DNA of 55,105 nucleotides from Candidatus Shapirobacteria bacterium CG03_land_8_20_14_0_80_40_19 (GTDB lineage: Bacteria > Patescibacteriota > Microgenomatia > UM-FILTER-40-11). Shown one piece after another: positions 1 to 7,481 of the stretch; within the stretch, counting starts at the first letter, position 1, and each line of letters starts with the position of its first letter. The translations under genes and the position numbers were made by a program. Below the pieces are notes generated by a model. The model was not told where the DNA came from. It saw only the letters and a list, made by a program, of their open reading frames with translations, and did not search any database. Location of the stretch: positions 1-55,105 of the forward strand of contig PEVD01000009.1 in the NCBI GenBank assembly GCA_002780305.1, read 5' to 3'.

Positions 1-1562
1 AATTTTTGCAAAGGGACATAAAGACGGTTTGAAGCAAGGATAATATAATTAGCCTTTTTGAGATTAGAATTAACCTTTTCCCACTTAAGCGTTGAAGAAT
101 CATTTTCATACATTGGCATTTCTAAAAGATGATATTTTTCTCCGCCGAAAGTCGGCAAACCGTCATCCCAGTGTTCAAGCGCCAGAGACGACCCGGCAGG
201 AATATTTTTATTGATCCACTCACTGGCGGCGGTTCTGGTATTTGGGCGGGAATAAATAGAAAGAAAAGCGGTTGACCAAAGAAGTGTGGAGAATAGGATA
301 AACAGAGCCGATAGAACTAATCTTTTTTTTGAACGGCGAAAGAGGGTTGATAAAAACCAAGCGGAAAACAGAAAAAATATCGGGTAAAGCGGGGAAAGAT
401 AGCGCATAAATTTAACCGCAAAACAGCCGACAACCAAAAAGTAGGCGAAGAAAAAAGAAAACAGAATCAGTATTTTTGCTTCCTGTTCTTCGTTCCCTGG
501 TTTGGGAAATTCCTTTAGTAGATAAAAAATTAAATAAACAACGGAAATAACCGAAGTCAACCCCAGCGGAATACCAGCGCCCCAAAAAATCATATTTTTC
601 AAATGGTAGAGGTAGGGGGTTGTTCCAACATATTGCAGTGTGTAAGGGAAAACATAGGCATTTTTGGTCATTGCCTGCTGTTCCTTGGTTTGGCGCCAAA
701 AAGTGGAGAAATCAATGATGGCGTACGGCTCAAGAATGATAAAGGTGATAATGGTTATAAACAATATAACGGTTAAATATTTGACGTTGACCAAAATAAA
801 CTTTGCCAAACGGTACAGTTTGTTTTTAAAGATGACAATTTTCTTTTCGGTAGAATAAAAGATTTTTTTATCTTTAAAAAATAAGCGCATTCTTCGGCCG
901 ATAACCAGAATCAAGCCCATGGCAATGGAAGTTCCAACGGAGGCAATCAGGACGGTAGCCGAGACTTTCGTTGCCAGTGCAAAACCAAAAGGGATCCCCA
1001 CTAAAAAAGAATTTTTTAAAGAAGGTTTTTCATAAAAAATAATTAATCGATAAAGAGTTAAACAAACAAAAAATGTTAAGAAGGTATCTACCGCAAAAAA
1101 ATGGGAAAGCTGGATTGGGAAAGCACAAAAGGCGTAAAAAGCAGAAGCCAAAACACCAATTGCCGGGGAGAAGATTTTTCTTCCTAATTTAAACAATAAT
1201 ATTACTGTACCAATATCAAACAAGGCAGAAAGCACTCTTCCGGTTAAATTAATTGAAGAATAGGTTGACAGAAGCGGATTTTGAAAAACAAAGGCAGTAA
1301 TACTTGAAAATATTTTTAATAAATAAATAGGGAAACTGCCATAAGGAAAGAATTTTGGATTAAGCGGGCTTTCCGCAGAAAAGAACTCGGACAAAGTTGC
1401 CGGGAACTGAATTTTCCCGGTCACCATAACGAGCATTCTTTCGTCCGGGTGAAGATGCTGGCCCTGGTCCCAGTTAAGGCCATAAAGGCGGAAAAATAGA
1501 GCAAGGATAATGATGAAAAAAAGAATTATTTTATAACTAATTTTATTTAAAAAGATTTTCAT
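1..1562 (-). CDS. GT-C fold membrane glycosyltransferase (GT39/ArnT/PMT-like), partial (3' end off window); paralog of 1543..3258
   Basis: Absent from the ORF track because it has no stop inside the window. My own minus-strand translation from ATG (complement of cat 1560-1562) reads MKIFLNKISYKIILFFIIILALFFRLYGLNWDQGQHLHPDERMLVMVTGK... and stays open to position 1. Many hydrophobic helices. It shares the HPDE loop and the ...TA(A)SEWI(N/Y)KNIPAGS... block with the upstream paralog. Its start overlaps that gene's stop by 20 nt. Confidence 0.7.
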   Translation of the reverse strand, partial: MKIFLNKISYKIILFFIIILALFFRLYGLNWDQGQHLHPDERMLVMVTGKIQFPATLSEFFSAESPLNPKFFPYGSFPIYLLKIFSSITAFVFQNPLLSTYSSINLTGRVLSALFDIGTVILLFKLGRKIFSPAIGVLASAFYAFCAFPIQLSHFFAVDTFLTFFVCLTLYRLIIFYEKPSLKNSFLVGIPFGFALATKVSATVLIASVGTSIAMGLILVIGRRMRLFFKDKKIFYSTEKKIVIFKNKLYRLAKFILVNVKYLTVILFITIITFIILEPYAIIDFSTFWRQTKEQQAMTKNAYVFPYTLQYVGTTPYLYHLKNMIFWGAGIPLGLTSVISVVYLIFYLLKEFPKPGNEEQEAKILILFSFFFAYFLVVGCFAVKFMRYLSPLYPIFFLFSAWFLSTLFRRSKKRLVLSALFILFSTLLWSTAFLSIYSRPNTRTAASEWINKNIPAGSSLALEHWDDGLPTFGGEKYHLLEMPMYENDSSTLKWEKVNSNLKKANYIILASNRLYVPLQK

Positions 1563-3258
1563 AATCATTTGCGGTTAAATAAGTTCTTTTTTTATAAATT
1601 CTTATTGTTGGATGGTCAAAGACAGTAAATGTCTCCTCGCTTTGCTCGTCGTCAATTTGAAATTTGAAATTTGAAACTTGAAACTGGGGAAAAGGACGAA
1701 ATATTTTTATTTCTGTAAAACCTAGTTTACCGGAAAAGAGCAGTTGGTAATATTTGGTGGTTAAAGGAAAATTTCTTGGGAGGCGCAGGTGGTTGGCAAA
1801 TATCCGGCGGGAAGGGATAATAATAAAGTTTGATTTTTCAAGAGAGTCTAATAATTTTGGGAACAGTTCTGGATTTTCATCAAGATGATAGAAATCGAAA
1901 GATACGGGAGTAATTGAGTAATTAGGACGAGAAATCGGGAGGTCGACGACATTGCCGGTGTCATAAAGAATTTGGGAACCGGCGGGAATATTTTTATAAA
2001 TCCATTCGGAGGCGGTAAAACGAATATCGGGGGAAAAATAAATAGAAGAAAAAATGATTCCGGGAATAACCGCAAAGAAGACGGCTAAGTAGCTTAGGTA
2101 TCTTAAGTTTCTTAAGTGTCTTAAGTGACCTAAGAATAAACCGGAAAAAATGGGGAAAAAAGCGAAAATCGGGGACATAAAACGGGTCCATTTGGTGAAC
2201 AAAAAGGCTTGGGAGAGAAAATAAAATAAAAAAGCGAGAGTAGTAATTAATAATTGGTAATTAGTAATTAGGGAATACTGAGTTTTTTTCTTAATGGGAG
2301 CAAGAGAAATCAGGGAAACAAGAAAACCGAGAATACCGAGGATGAAAATTGGTGCCCCAAGAGCGTAAGGAAGGATTTTTTGGAGTTGAAATAAAATTGG
2401 TTTTGTGTCAATAAATTGACGGGTGTAAAAGACCAAGGTTTGGCCGGTGGCAACAGAAGTTTCGTAAAGTAAGGTTCCGCGCGATTCTTTAAAAGCAAGT
2501 AAGAGGTAGGGAGAACTGATGAGGGTAAAAATGAGAGCGAAAATAAGAGCAAAAAGATATTTCCCAAAGAGTTTCAGGAAATCAGCGAAAGTTTTAAATT
2601 TCGTTACCGTTATAAAAATTATGAAAGTTATAAAAACAGGGAAGCCAAAAACAAGTGCGCTGATTTTGGTACCGATTGCCAAACCAAAAACTATTCCTAA
2701 AAAAATGAAATATTTTAATTTTCGAGCCTCAAAAATTTTAAAAGAAAGAAATAAAATAAGAAGAAAAAAGAAAGAAAGTAAAGATTCGGTCGTGCCAAAA
2801 TGAGAGATTTGGATAAGACCGGGGGTGAGGGCGACAAGAAGGGTGGCGAGAAGCGGGGGTGAGAAGTGGAAAGTGGGTCGAGGGTGAGAGGTGGGGGTGA
2901 GCTTTTTTGAGATAAGATAAACCAAATAAACCGTACCAACTCCGGCAAGGGCGGACCAGAAACGGAGAAAAAAAATCGCTTCCTGACTGTTTATAAAACT
3001 AATTTTTATCCAGGGAATTAGATTATAAATAACGGCGGAAAAATAGGATAGATAAAGAGGAAATTGGCCGTAGGCAAAAAAGTGCGGATTAAGTTTATCC
3101 TGCCAGCTTAATTGGGTAACGGCACGGGCCATATTCCATTCATCGGGATGAGGCGTGTAAGGAAAACACCAAGTCAATCCGCCAAAACGGGTAACCACCG
3201 CCAAGAGCAAGACGGCAGTAATAGACCAATTATTTTTTAGTTTTTTTAATAATATCAT
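1543..3258 (-). CDS. GT-C fold membrane glycosyltransferase (GT39/ArnT/PMT-like)
   Basis: 571-aa ORF with more than 10 hydrophobic segments. N-terminal loop PYTPHPDEWNM (a DE-type GT-C motif). Soluble C-terminal domain. Carries several internal DNA repeats. Confidence 0.7.
   Translation of the reverse strand: MILLKKLKNNWSITAVLLLAVVTRFGGLTWCFPYTPHPDEWNMARAVTQLSWQDKLNPHFFAYGQFPLYLSYFSAVIYNLIPWIKISFINSQEAIFFLRFWSALAGVGTVYLVYLISKKLTPTSHPRPTFHFSPPLLATLLVALTPGLIQISHFGTTESLLSFFFLLILFLSFKIFEARKLKYFIFLGIVFGLAIGTKISALVFGFPVFITFIIFITVTKFKTFADFLKLFGKYLFALIFALIFTLISSPYLLLAFKESRGTLLYETSVATGQTLVFYTRQFIDTKPILFQLQKILPYALGAPIFILGILGFLVSLISLAPIKKKTQYSLITNYQLLITTLAFLFYFLSQAFLFTKWTRFMSPIFAFFPIFSGLFLGHLRHLRNLRYLSYLAVFFAVIPGIIFSSIYFSPDIRFTASEWIYKNIPAGSQILYDTGNVVDLPISRPNYSITPVSFDFYHLDENPELFPKLLDSLEKSNFIIIPSRRIFANHLRLPRNFPLTTKYYQLLFSGKLGFTEIKIFRPFPQFQVSNFKFQIDDEQSEETFTVFDHPTIRIYKKRTYLTANDYENLFK
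1654..1686. repeat. 7-nt tandem array (AATTTGA/GAAATTT, about 4.5 units) inside a CDS
   Basis: aatttgaaatttgaaatttgaaacttgaaactg. Read through on the minus strand as ..QFQVSNFKFQIDD.. Confidence 0.9.
2084..2136. repeat. 9-nt tandem array (TCTTAAGTN, about 6 units) inside a CDS
   Basis: gctaagtagcttaggtatcttaagtttcttaagtgtcttaagtgacctaaga. Encodes the tripeptide repeat GHLRHLRNLRYLSYL on the minus strand. Confidence 0.85.
2855..2901. repeat. 47-nt GGTGAGAAGTG-type element, copy inside the GT-C CDS
   Basis: gggggtgagaagtggaaagtgggtcgagggtgagaggtgggggtgag. By hand count, 41/47 ungapped identity to 14247-14293. Read through as ..LTPTSHPRPTFHFSPP.. Confidence 0.85.
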
Positions 3259-4492
3259 CGGCGACTTCCCTCCCTAATTTTATGGCATAGTTTACGCCCC
3301 GGTCATATGGGTAAACATGGTGCAGACTTGTCCAAAATAAATTTGGAATTGGCGTTTTTATTGAAGGAAGCGAGGTTTGAGAGTAATTAAGGGTGGGGAT
3401 GGGTTGAGCGTATAAATCAGAAAATAATTTGAAATTTGAAATTTGAAATTTGAAATTAGGGTTGATTTTTTTTAAATATGGCAGGAATTCTTTTAAAATA
3501 TCCTCTTTCTTCATTTTAAAATAGCGGTGGTTTTGGGGATAATAACCGCCGACATAGACAAGATGTTCTCCGCCGTAATGTTTGGGATCAATGAAATTGG
3601 TATGTTCAACCACCGCTATAAAAGGGAAGCCCGGTTCGTTTATGTTCAGCCAATAAGTATTATCTGCCAAAAATTTATCTTTTAGCGATAAAACCAAATT
3701 TAAACAGCCGATCATTTTCAGATTTTGAATTTTATTCTTATAACTTTCAGGCAGATCTGGCGTTATTTTCAAAAAAACTTGTGCCGGAGCGGTAACAAAA
3801 ATTTTATCGGAATTGTTAAAATGATTTAAATCATTTAAGTTTTTAATTTCCGTGTTAAGAAATATTCTGCCTTTATTGTTTTTAATGTTTTCCGCTAATT
3901 TATTAATTAATATTTGATTTCCGCCTTCAAAATAGCCTAAAGAAAAACTTCTTTTTTTAACTCTGGTCCAAAACCAAGAAGCGGGAATTTGGTGATAATC
4001 ACCGCCGAATTTGCTTTCCAAAAGCGGTTTCCAGAGAGTGTTAAACGAACCCTCGCCCATAAATGTTCGAATAAATTTTTCGGCGGTGATTTTTTCCAGG
4101 GGTTTCCAGAAGGGATTTATTTTTAAGAAAGCACTGACGATTCCGGTTTTTACTTTATCGGCCAGATTCAACTTTGAAAAAGAGAGAACACTTCGCGGGT
4201 TGTCAAAACGGTAAATATTTCCGTCAACAAAAATGGACGATTTGGGAATTTTGAAAAAAAGTTTATTTTCAATTTCCAATTCTTTGGCAAGTTCCAAAAC
4301 CTCTTTATCGGAAGAAAAAAAGTGATGATAATATCTTTCCAGCGACCACTCCCAATTATTATTCTTGAAAGACCCTCCTAGTCCGCCAAGCTCACTTTCT
4401 TTTTCAAAAACAAAAACAGAGTGCCCTTTTTGACTTAGATAATAAGCGGCGGTTAAACCACTGAACCCGGCGCCGATGACCGCTACTTTCAT
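3230..4492 (-). CDS. FAD/NAD(P)-binding oxidoreductase (amine-oxidase / phytoene-desaturase / HemY-like fold)
   Basis: N-terminal dinucleotide fold MKVAVIGAGFSGLTAAYYLSQKGHSVFVFEKESELGG. 420 aa. Translationally overlapped with the neighbouring GT-C gene. Confidence 0.75.
   Translation of the reverse strand: MKVAVIGAGFSGLTAAYYLSQKGHSVFVFEKESELGGLGGSFKNNNWEWSLERYYHHFFSSDKEVLELAKELEIENKLFFKIPKSSIFVDGNIYRFDNPRSVLSFSKLNLADKVKTGIVSAFLKINPFWKPLEKITAEKFIRTFMGEGSFNTLWKPLLESKFGGDYHQIPASWFWTRVKKRSFSLGYFEGGNQILINKLAENIKNNKGRIFLNTEIKNLNDLNHFNNSDKIFVTAPAQVFLKITPDLPESYKNKIQNLKMIGCLNLVLSLKDKFLADNTYWLNINEPGFPFIAVVEHTNFIDPKHYGGEHLVYVGGYYPQNHRYFKMKKEDILKEFLPYLKKINPNFKFQISNFKLFSDLYAQPIPTLNYSQTSLPSIKTPIPNLFWTSLHHVYPYDRGVNYAIKLGREVADDIIKKTKK
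3426..3457. repeat. 7-nt tandem array (AATTTGA, about 4.5 units) inside a CDS
   Basis: aatttgaaatttgaaatttgaaatttgaaatt. Read through as ..PNFKFQISNFKLF.. Confidence 0.9.
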
Positions 4493-4522
4493 GGTTGAAT
4501 TTTAACTCCTGGGGGGCATTTT

Positions 4523-5878
4523 TTAAAGAAGAAGGAAAGCCAAACCGATAGCGACAAACATGACTCCTCCGCCTAAGAAAATCCAGGTCGGCAGATCAGT
4601 CCCCGACTTTAGAACTTGGCCTGAAGGGACGGTCGTCCTGCTTGGTTTTTCGGTCGGGGTTGGGGAAAGAGTGGGGGTTGGGCTTGGAGAGATAATCTCT
4701 CCTGAAGGAGTGGCGGTATAAGTTGGGAGGTCGCTTGTCCCGGCGGCCAAAACAATAAAACCACGACTGACGGTTTTTATAAAACCATCCTTATCGACAT
4801 AGGAAACTTTTATCTGATGATTTCCAGGAGTTAGCGGTTTTGCCGGCGACCATTTCCATTGTCCTTGCTTGTCGACATTAGTTTCGTCTAAAATTTTTTC
4901 TTCGGACTCAACGACAATGTTAAGGAGTTTTTCTTTTGGGCCGGTGCCGAAAAATTCCGGTATCGGGTTATTGATATTTTCTTCTTCCGACGGATAGACA
5001 ATAATAACTTCTTCATTTTGGCCCACAGATTCAAAGCCGGCAAAATTCAGTGTCCCGGTAGGAAAAACGTTAGAACCGATGGCTACCGTCGGAGTGGGGA
5101 TGTTTGGGTTCTTAATAAAATCATAACTTTGTCCTAAAACAATATCCGGAGCGGGATTGTCGCTCCCGGCGGCCAAAATGGCGGAAGCGGTTTGTCCGCC
5201 TGCCTGGACAAAAATTTCTTCTATTTGAGCCGACTGGTCGTAATTCAAATAATTTTGCAAATCGTCGGTTCTGGTTTTAGAAAGCAAAATCATCCAATAA
5301 CCGTTTTCTTCTACCAAGCCGGCTTGGGTGACAGCCCCGGATAAGGACAAATAGACAATGGCGCCGACTCCGGGAGTTCCCTGGGAGGTCAAAATCTTTC
5401 CTTGGGCGATATCACTGGCGGGCAGGGCTTTTTCTGGGGCAGTGGTTACTTCATAGGGTTTACCTGCCTGAGTGTAGCTTTTGTTGGCCGATGAAATTTT
5501 AAAGAAATATTTAGTGCTTGTCTTAAGATTATCAAGCAGGACATAATGTATCTTGTAATTGCCAAGCACTTCTTTTTCTTCATCCCTAATATCTTTTTGG
5601 GTTTTGTCAACCGAAGAACTTTCTCCATAAAGGATGGCTCCTGAGGCTTGAGAGTCAGTTATCCAGGAAACAACGAACGAACTACTGTCAATGTTTGTAA
5701 TTTTAACTTGCTGGGGAAAACTTTCAGAAGATGCTTTCAAAAAATAACCCTGTCCTTTGTCGATAAGAATAACCCCTCCGGCTAGTCCTGTAATAATTAA
5801 AAAAATTGCCGCAAAAACAGGGATTTTTTTAATTTTAATAGTTTCTTTTTTCAAGTTCATCAAAGACCTCTTCGTCAA
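4523..5878 (-). CDS. Membrane-anchored surface protein with FN3-like and Ig-like domains, P/T/S-rich stalk and C-terminal TM helix
   Basis: N-terminal TM segment. FN3/purple-acid-phosphatase-N-like segment VKITNIDSSSFVVSWITDSQASGAILYGES...YFFKISS. The Ig-like segment is QWKWSPAKPLTPGNHQIKVSYVDKDG. C-terminus is SPSPTPTLSPTPTEKP...TDLPTWIFLGGGVMFVAIGLAFLLL. Confidence 0.5.
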   Translation of the reverse strand: MTKRSLMNLKKETIKIKKIPVFAAIFLIITGLAGGVILIDKGQGYFLKASSESFPQQVKITNIDSSSFVVSWITDSQASGAILYGESSSVDKTQKDIRDEEKEVLGNYKIHYVLLDNLKTSTKYFFKISSANKSYTQAGKPYEVTTAPEKALPASDIAQGKILTSQGTPGVGAIVYLSLSGAVTQAGLVEENGYWMILLSKTRTDDLQNYLNYDQSAQIEEIFVQAGGQTASAILAAGSDNPAPDIVLGQSYDFIKNPNIPTPTVAIGSNVFPTGTLNFAGFESVGQNEEVIIVYPSEEENINNPIPEFFGTGPKEKLLNIVVESEEKILDETNVDKQGQWKWSPAKPLTPGNHQIKVSYVDKDGFIKTVSRGFIVLAAGTSDLPTYTATPSGEIISPSPTPTLSPTPTEKPSRTTVPSGQVLKSGTDLPTWIFLGGGVMFVAIGLAFLLL

Positions 5879-6044
5879 GTTGCGGATTAATAATCCTTGT
5901 TTCTTGAGGAGTTAAAACCGGCTTCTCCCCCGGCTTATTTAAAACTTTAAAAACACCCAAATATATCAGGACAATAGCGATTGATAAGGCCAAAACCGCC
6001 ATTAAAAATATTTCTTTACTTAATCTTTTTTTTACTTTATTCAT
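5835..6044 (-). CDS. Small single-pass membrane protein in the pilus-like operon
   Basis: MNKVKKRLSKEIFLMAVLALSIAIVLIYLGVF... The start is taken at the internal ATG that overlaps the upstream stop. Confidence 0.35.
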   Translation of the reverse strand: MNKVKKRLSKEIFLMAVLALSIAIVLIYLGVFKVLNKPGEKPVLTPQETRIINPQLDEEVFDELEKRNY

Positions 6045-6618
6045 TTTCAAAAAATATAACACCGGAAATATTTAGCTGAAGGGTGGTGTTAATTATTTCC
6101 TCTTCTTTTTTCTTTGTTTCGGAGATACCGGTTAACTCAATTTTGATCAGGCGGCGCGAGCTTTCCAAAAGCGAAACAAAATTTTTTAGATTTAAATAAT
6201 CGCCTTTGGCGTTAGTAGAAAAATTGATCGTTTGACCGGAAGAGGGTTTTTGGGATTGGCTGACCGGTGGGGCAGGGTTAAGATCAATCTTCTCAAAAGT
6301 TAGAGATGATAATTCAACTTGTGAGGATAAAGCGGTGCTTTCTAAAAAGTTTGCCAGCCAGGGAAACTCGCTTTTTTCCGGTAAGGCCTGATTTAACATT
6401 GGCAGCCGTTGGCTGTTTATCGCATACACCTTTTGGGCGGCAACCAGTGAGTTAATTTTTTTGTCTAAAAGAAGACTGGCCGCCTCTTTTTCTTCTATTT
6501 CCTTGATTAGTTTAGTGATCGTAATAACTGTCGGCCTGATCGCCACAATTAAAAAAAAGGCCACGGTAGAAACAGATAATGAAAGCCAGATAAGAGGTTT
6601 TTTTTGGTCTGTGTTCAT
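6037..6618 (-). CDS. PilO-like type IV pilus assembly protein
   Basis: N-terminal TM helix, then a coiled coil (KLIKEIEEKEAASLLLDKKINSL), then a ferredoxin-like C-terminus. Follows a PilN-like gene with a 4-nt overlap. Confidence 0.45.
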   Translation of the reverse strand: MNTDQKKPLIWLSLSVSTVAFFLIVAIRPTVITITKLIKEIEEKEAASLLLDKKINSLVAAQKVYAINSQRLPMLNQALPEKSEFPWLANFLESTALSSQVELSSLTFEKIDLNPAPPVSQSQKPSSGQTINFSTNAKGDYLNLKNFVSLLESSRRLIKIELTGISETKKKEEEIINTTLQLNISGVIFFENE

Positions 6619-7154
6619 TTTTTAAACACGGCGCTGATTTCAAAATTAATACCAGGCGCAAATTCTTTTTGGCTTATTGTCCCTAGACTGATTTGGGAGA
6701 AGTTTGGCTGTCTTTTAATTCCGGTCAAAAGGAGACTGATTCCTTGTTCGGAAAGACTATTTCCGCTTATTCTTAAATTGCTCTTCTCTATCTGAATCGC
6801 ATTAAAGGTCACATCCAGTGGAATCAGTTGGCTTACTTGATTGACGATGACCGAGGGCCTCTGTTCTTCAGCCAGAATACCTTTGATCAGTTTTGCTTTT
6901 TCTTGAACAAGAAGAAATTCTTGTTCAAAGTCAGCCATAGAACTGACCATTGCCTTTTTTTGTCTTAGGCTGTCAAACAGGTTGGAGAGTTTGGTGTCAA
7001 AATAAAATCTTGATAGAAAGGCGCAGATGACCACAAATTCAGTTAAAACTACAATCCACCGGCCGGTCGAGGTAGCCCAATTTAACAATTTTCCCGCGTT
7101 GGTGTTTTCAAAACCTGTTTTAGGAAAGAGATTAACCTTCGTTTTTCCGAGCAT
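6615..7154 (-). CDS. PilN-like type IV pilus assembly protein
   Basis: N-terminal VNLFPK (compare the INLLP motif of PilN), then TM helix WIVVLTEFVVICAFL, then a coiled coil. No pilM is visible upstream. Confidence 0.45.
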   Translation of the reverse strand: MLGKTKVNLFPKTGFENTNAGKLLNWATSTGRWIVVLTEFVVICAFLSRFYFDTKLSNLFDSLRQKKAMVSSMADFEQEFLLVQEKAKLIKGILAEEQRPSVIVNQVSQLIPLDVTFNAIQIEKSNLRISGNSLSEQGISLLLTGIKRQPNFSQISLGTISQKEFAPGINFEISAVFKK

Positions 7155-7187
7155 TAACTAAAGTATAGTGGAAAGTTCCTGGAGTTG

Positions 7188-7415
7188 TCAAAGCCTGGCG
7201 AGTTTACTCTTAATTCTTTTGGCTTTATTTTTGTGAATGATTCCTGATTTTACCGCTTTGTCGGCAGCGGAATAAAGCAAGGAAAGGTCGTCTTTGGCCT
7301 TAGACTTTATAAATTTTTTAATCAAATTTTTCAATGCGAGTCTCTTCTTTGAATTTAGAAGATATCTTTTTTTGCTCTGTCTGAGAGCCTTTTTGGCTCC
7401 AACGATAATCGGCAT
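7188..7415 (-). CDS. rpsT: 30S ribosomal protein S20
   Basis: 75 aa and very basic: GAKKALRQSKKRYLLNSKKRLALKNLIKK...IHKNKAKRIKSKLARL. Confidence 0.9.
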   Translation of the reverse strand: MPIIVGAKKALRQSKKRYLLNSKKRLALKNLIKKFIKSKAKDDLSLLYSAADKAVKSGIIHKNKAKRIKSKLARL

Positions 7416-7422
7416 AATGGGA

Positions 7423-7452
7423 ATTATACCCGATTACCCCTTTAAAAAGCAA
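7423..7452 (-). promoter_or_regulatory. rpsT promoter, TTGCTT-N18-TATAAT, with the -10 box 7 nt from ATG (leaderless-type)
   Basis: Minus strand reads ttgctt...gggtataat tcccatt ATG. TATAAT is the complement of 7423-7428. Confidence 0.55.
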
Positions 7453-7481
7453 TAATTTATTAATATACTCGGAAGTAAAAG

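Noticed and set aside
1-1562. Possibility of an alternative genetic code or a pseudogene, because no long ORF is listed here in the track
   Set aside because: My own translation shows an uninterrupted minus-strand frame from ATG 1562 to the window edge. The track simply omits ORFs without a stop. TGA, TAA and TAG all end well-supported genes in the window, so the standard code fits.
4523-4600. Sortase LPXTG sorting signal at the C-terminus of the surface protein
   Set aside because: The sequence reads DLPTWIF, followed by a TM helix. There is no G at position 5 and no basic tail, so I describe it only as a C-terminal TM anchor.
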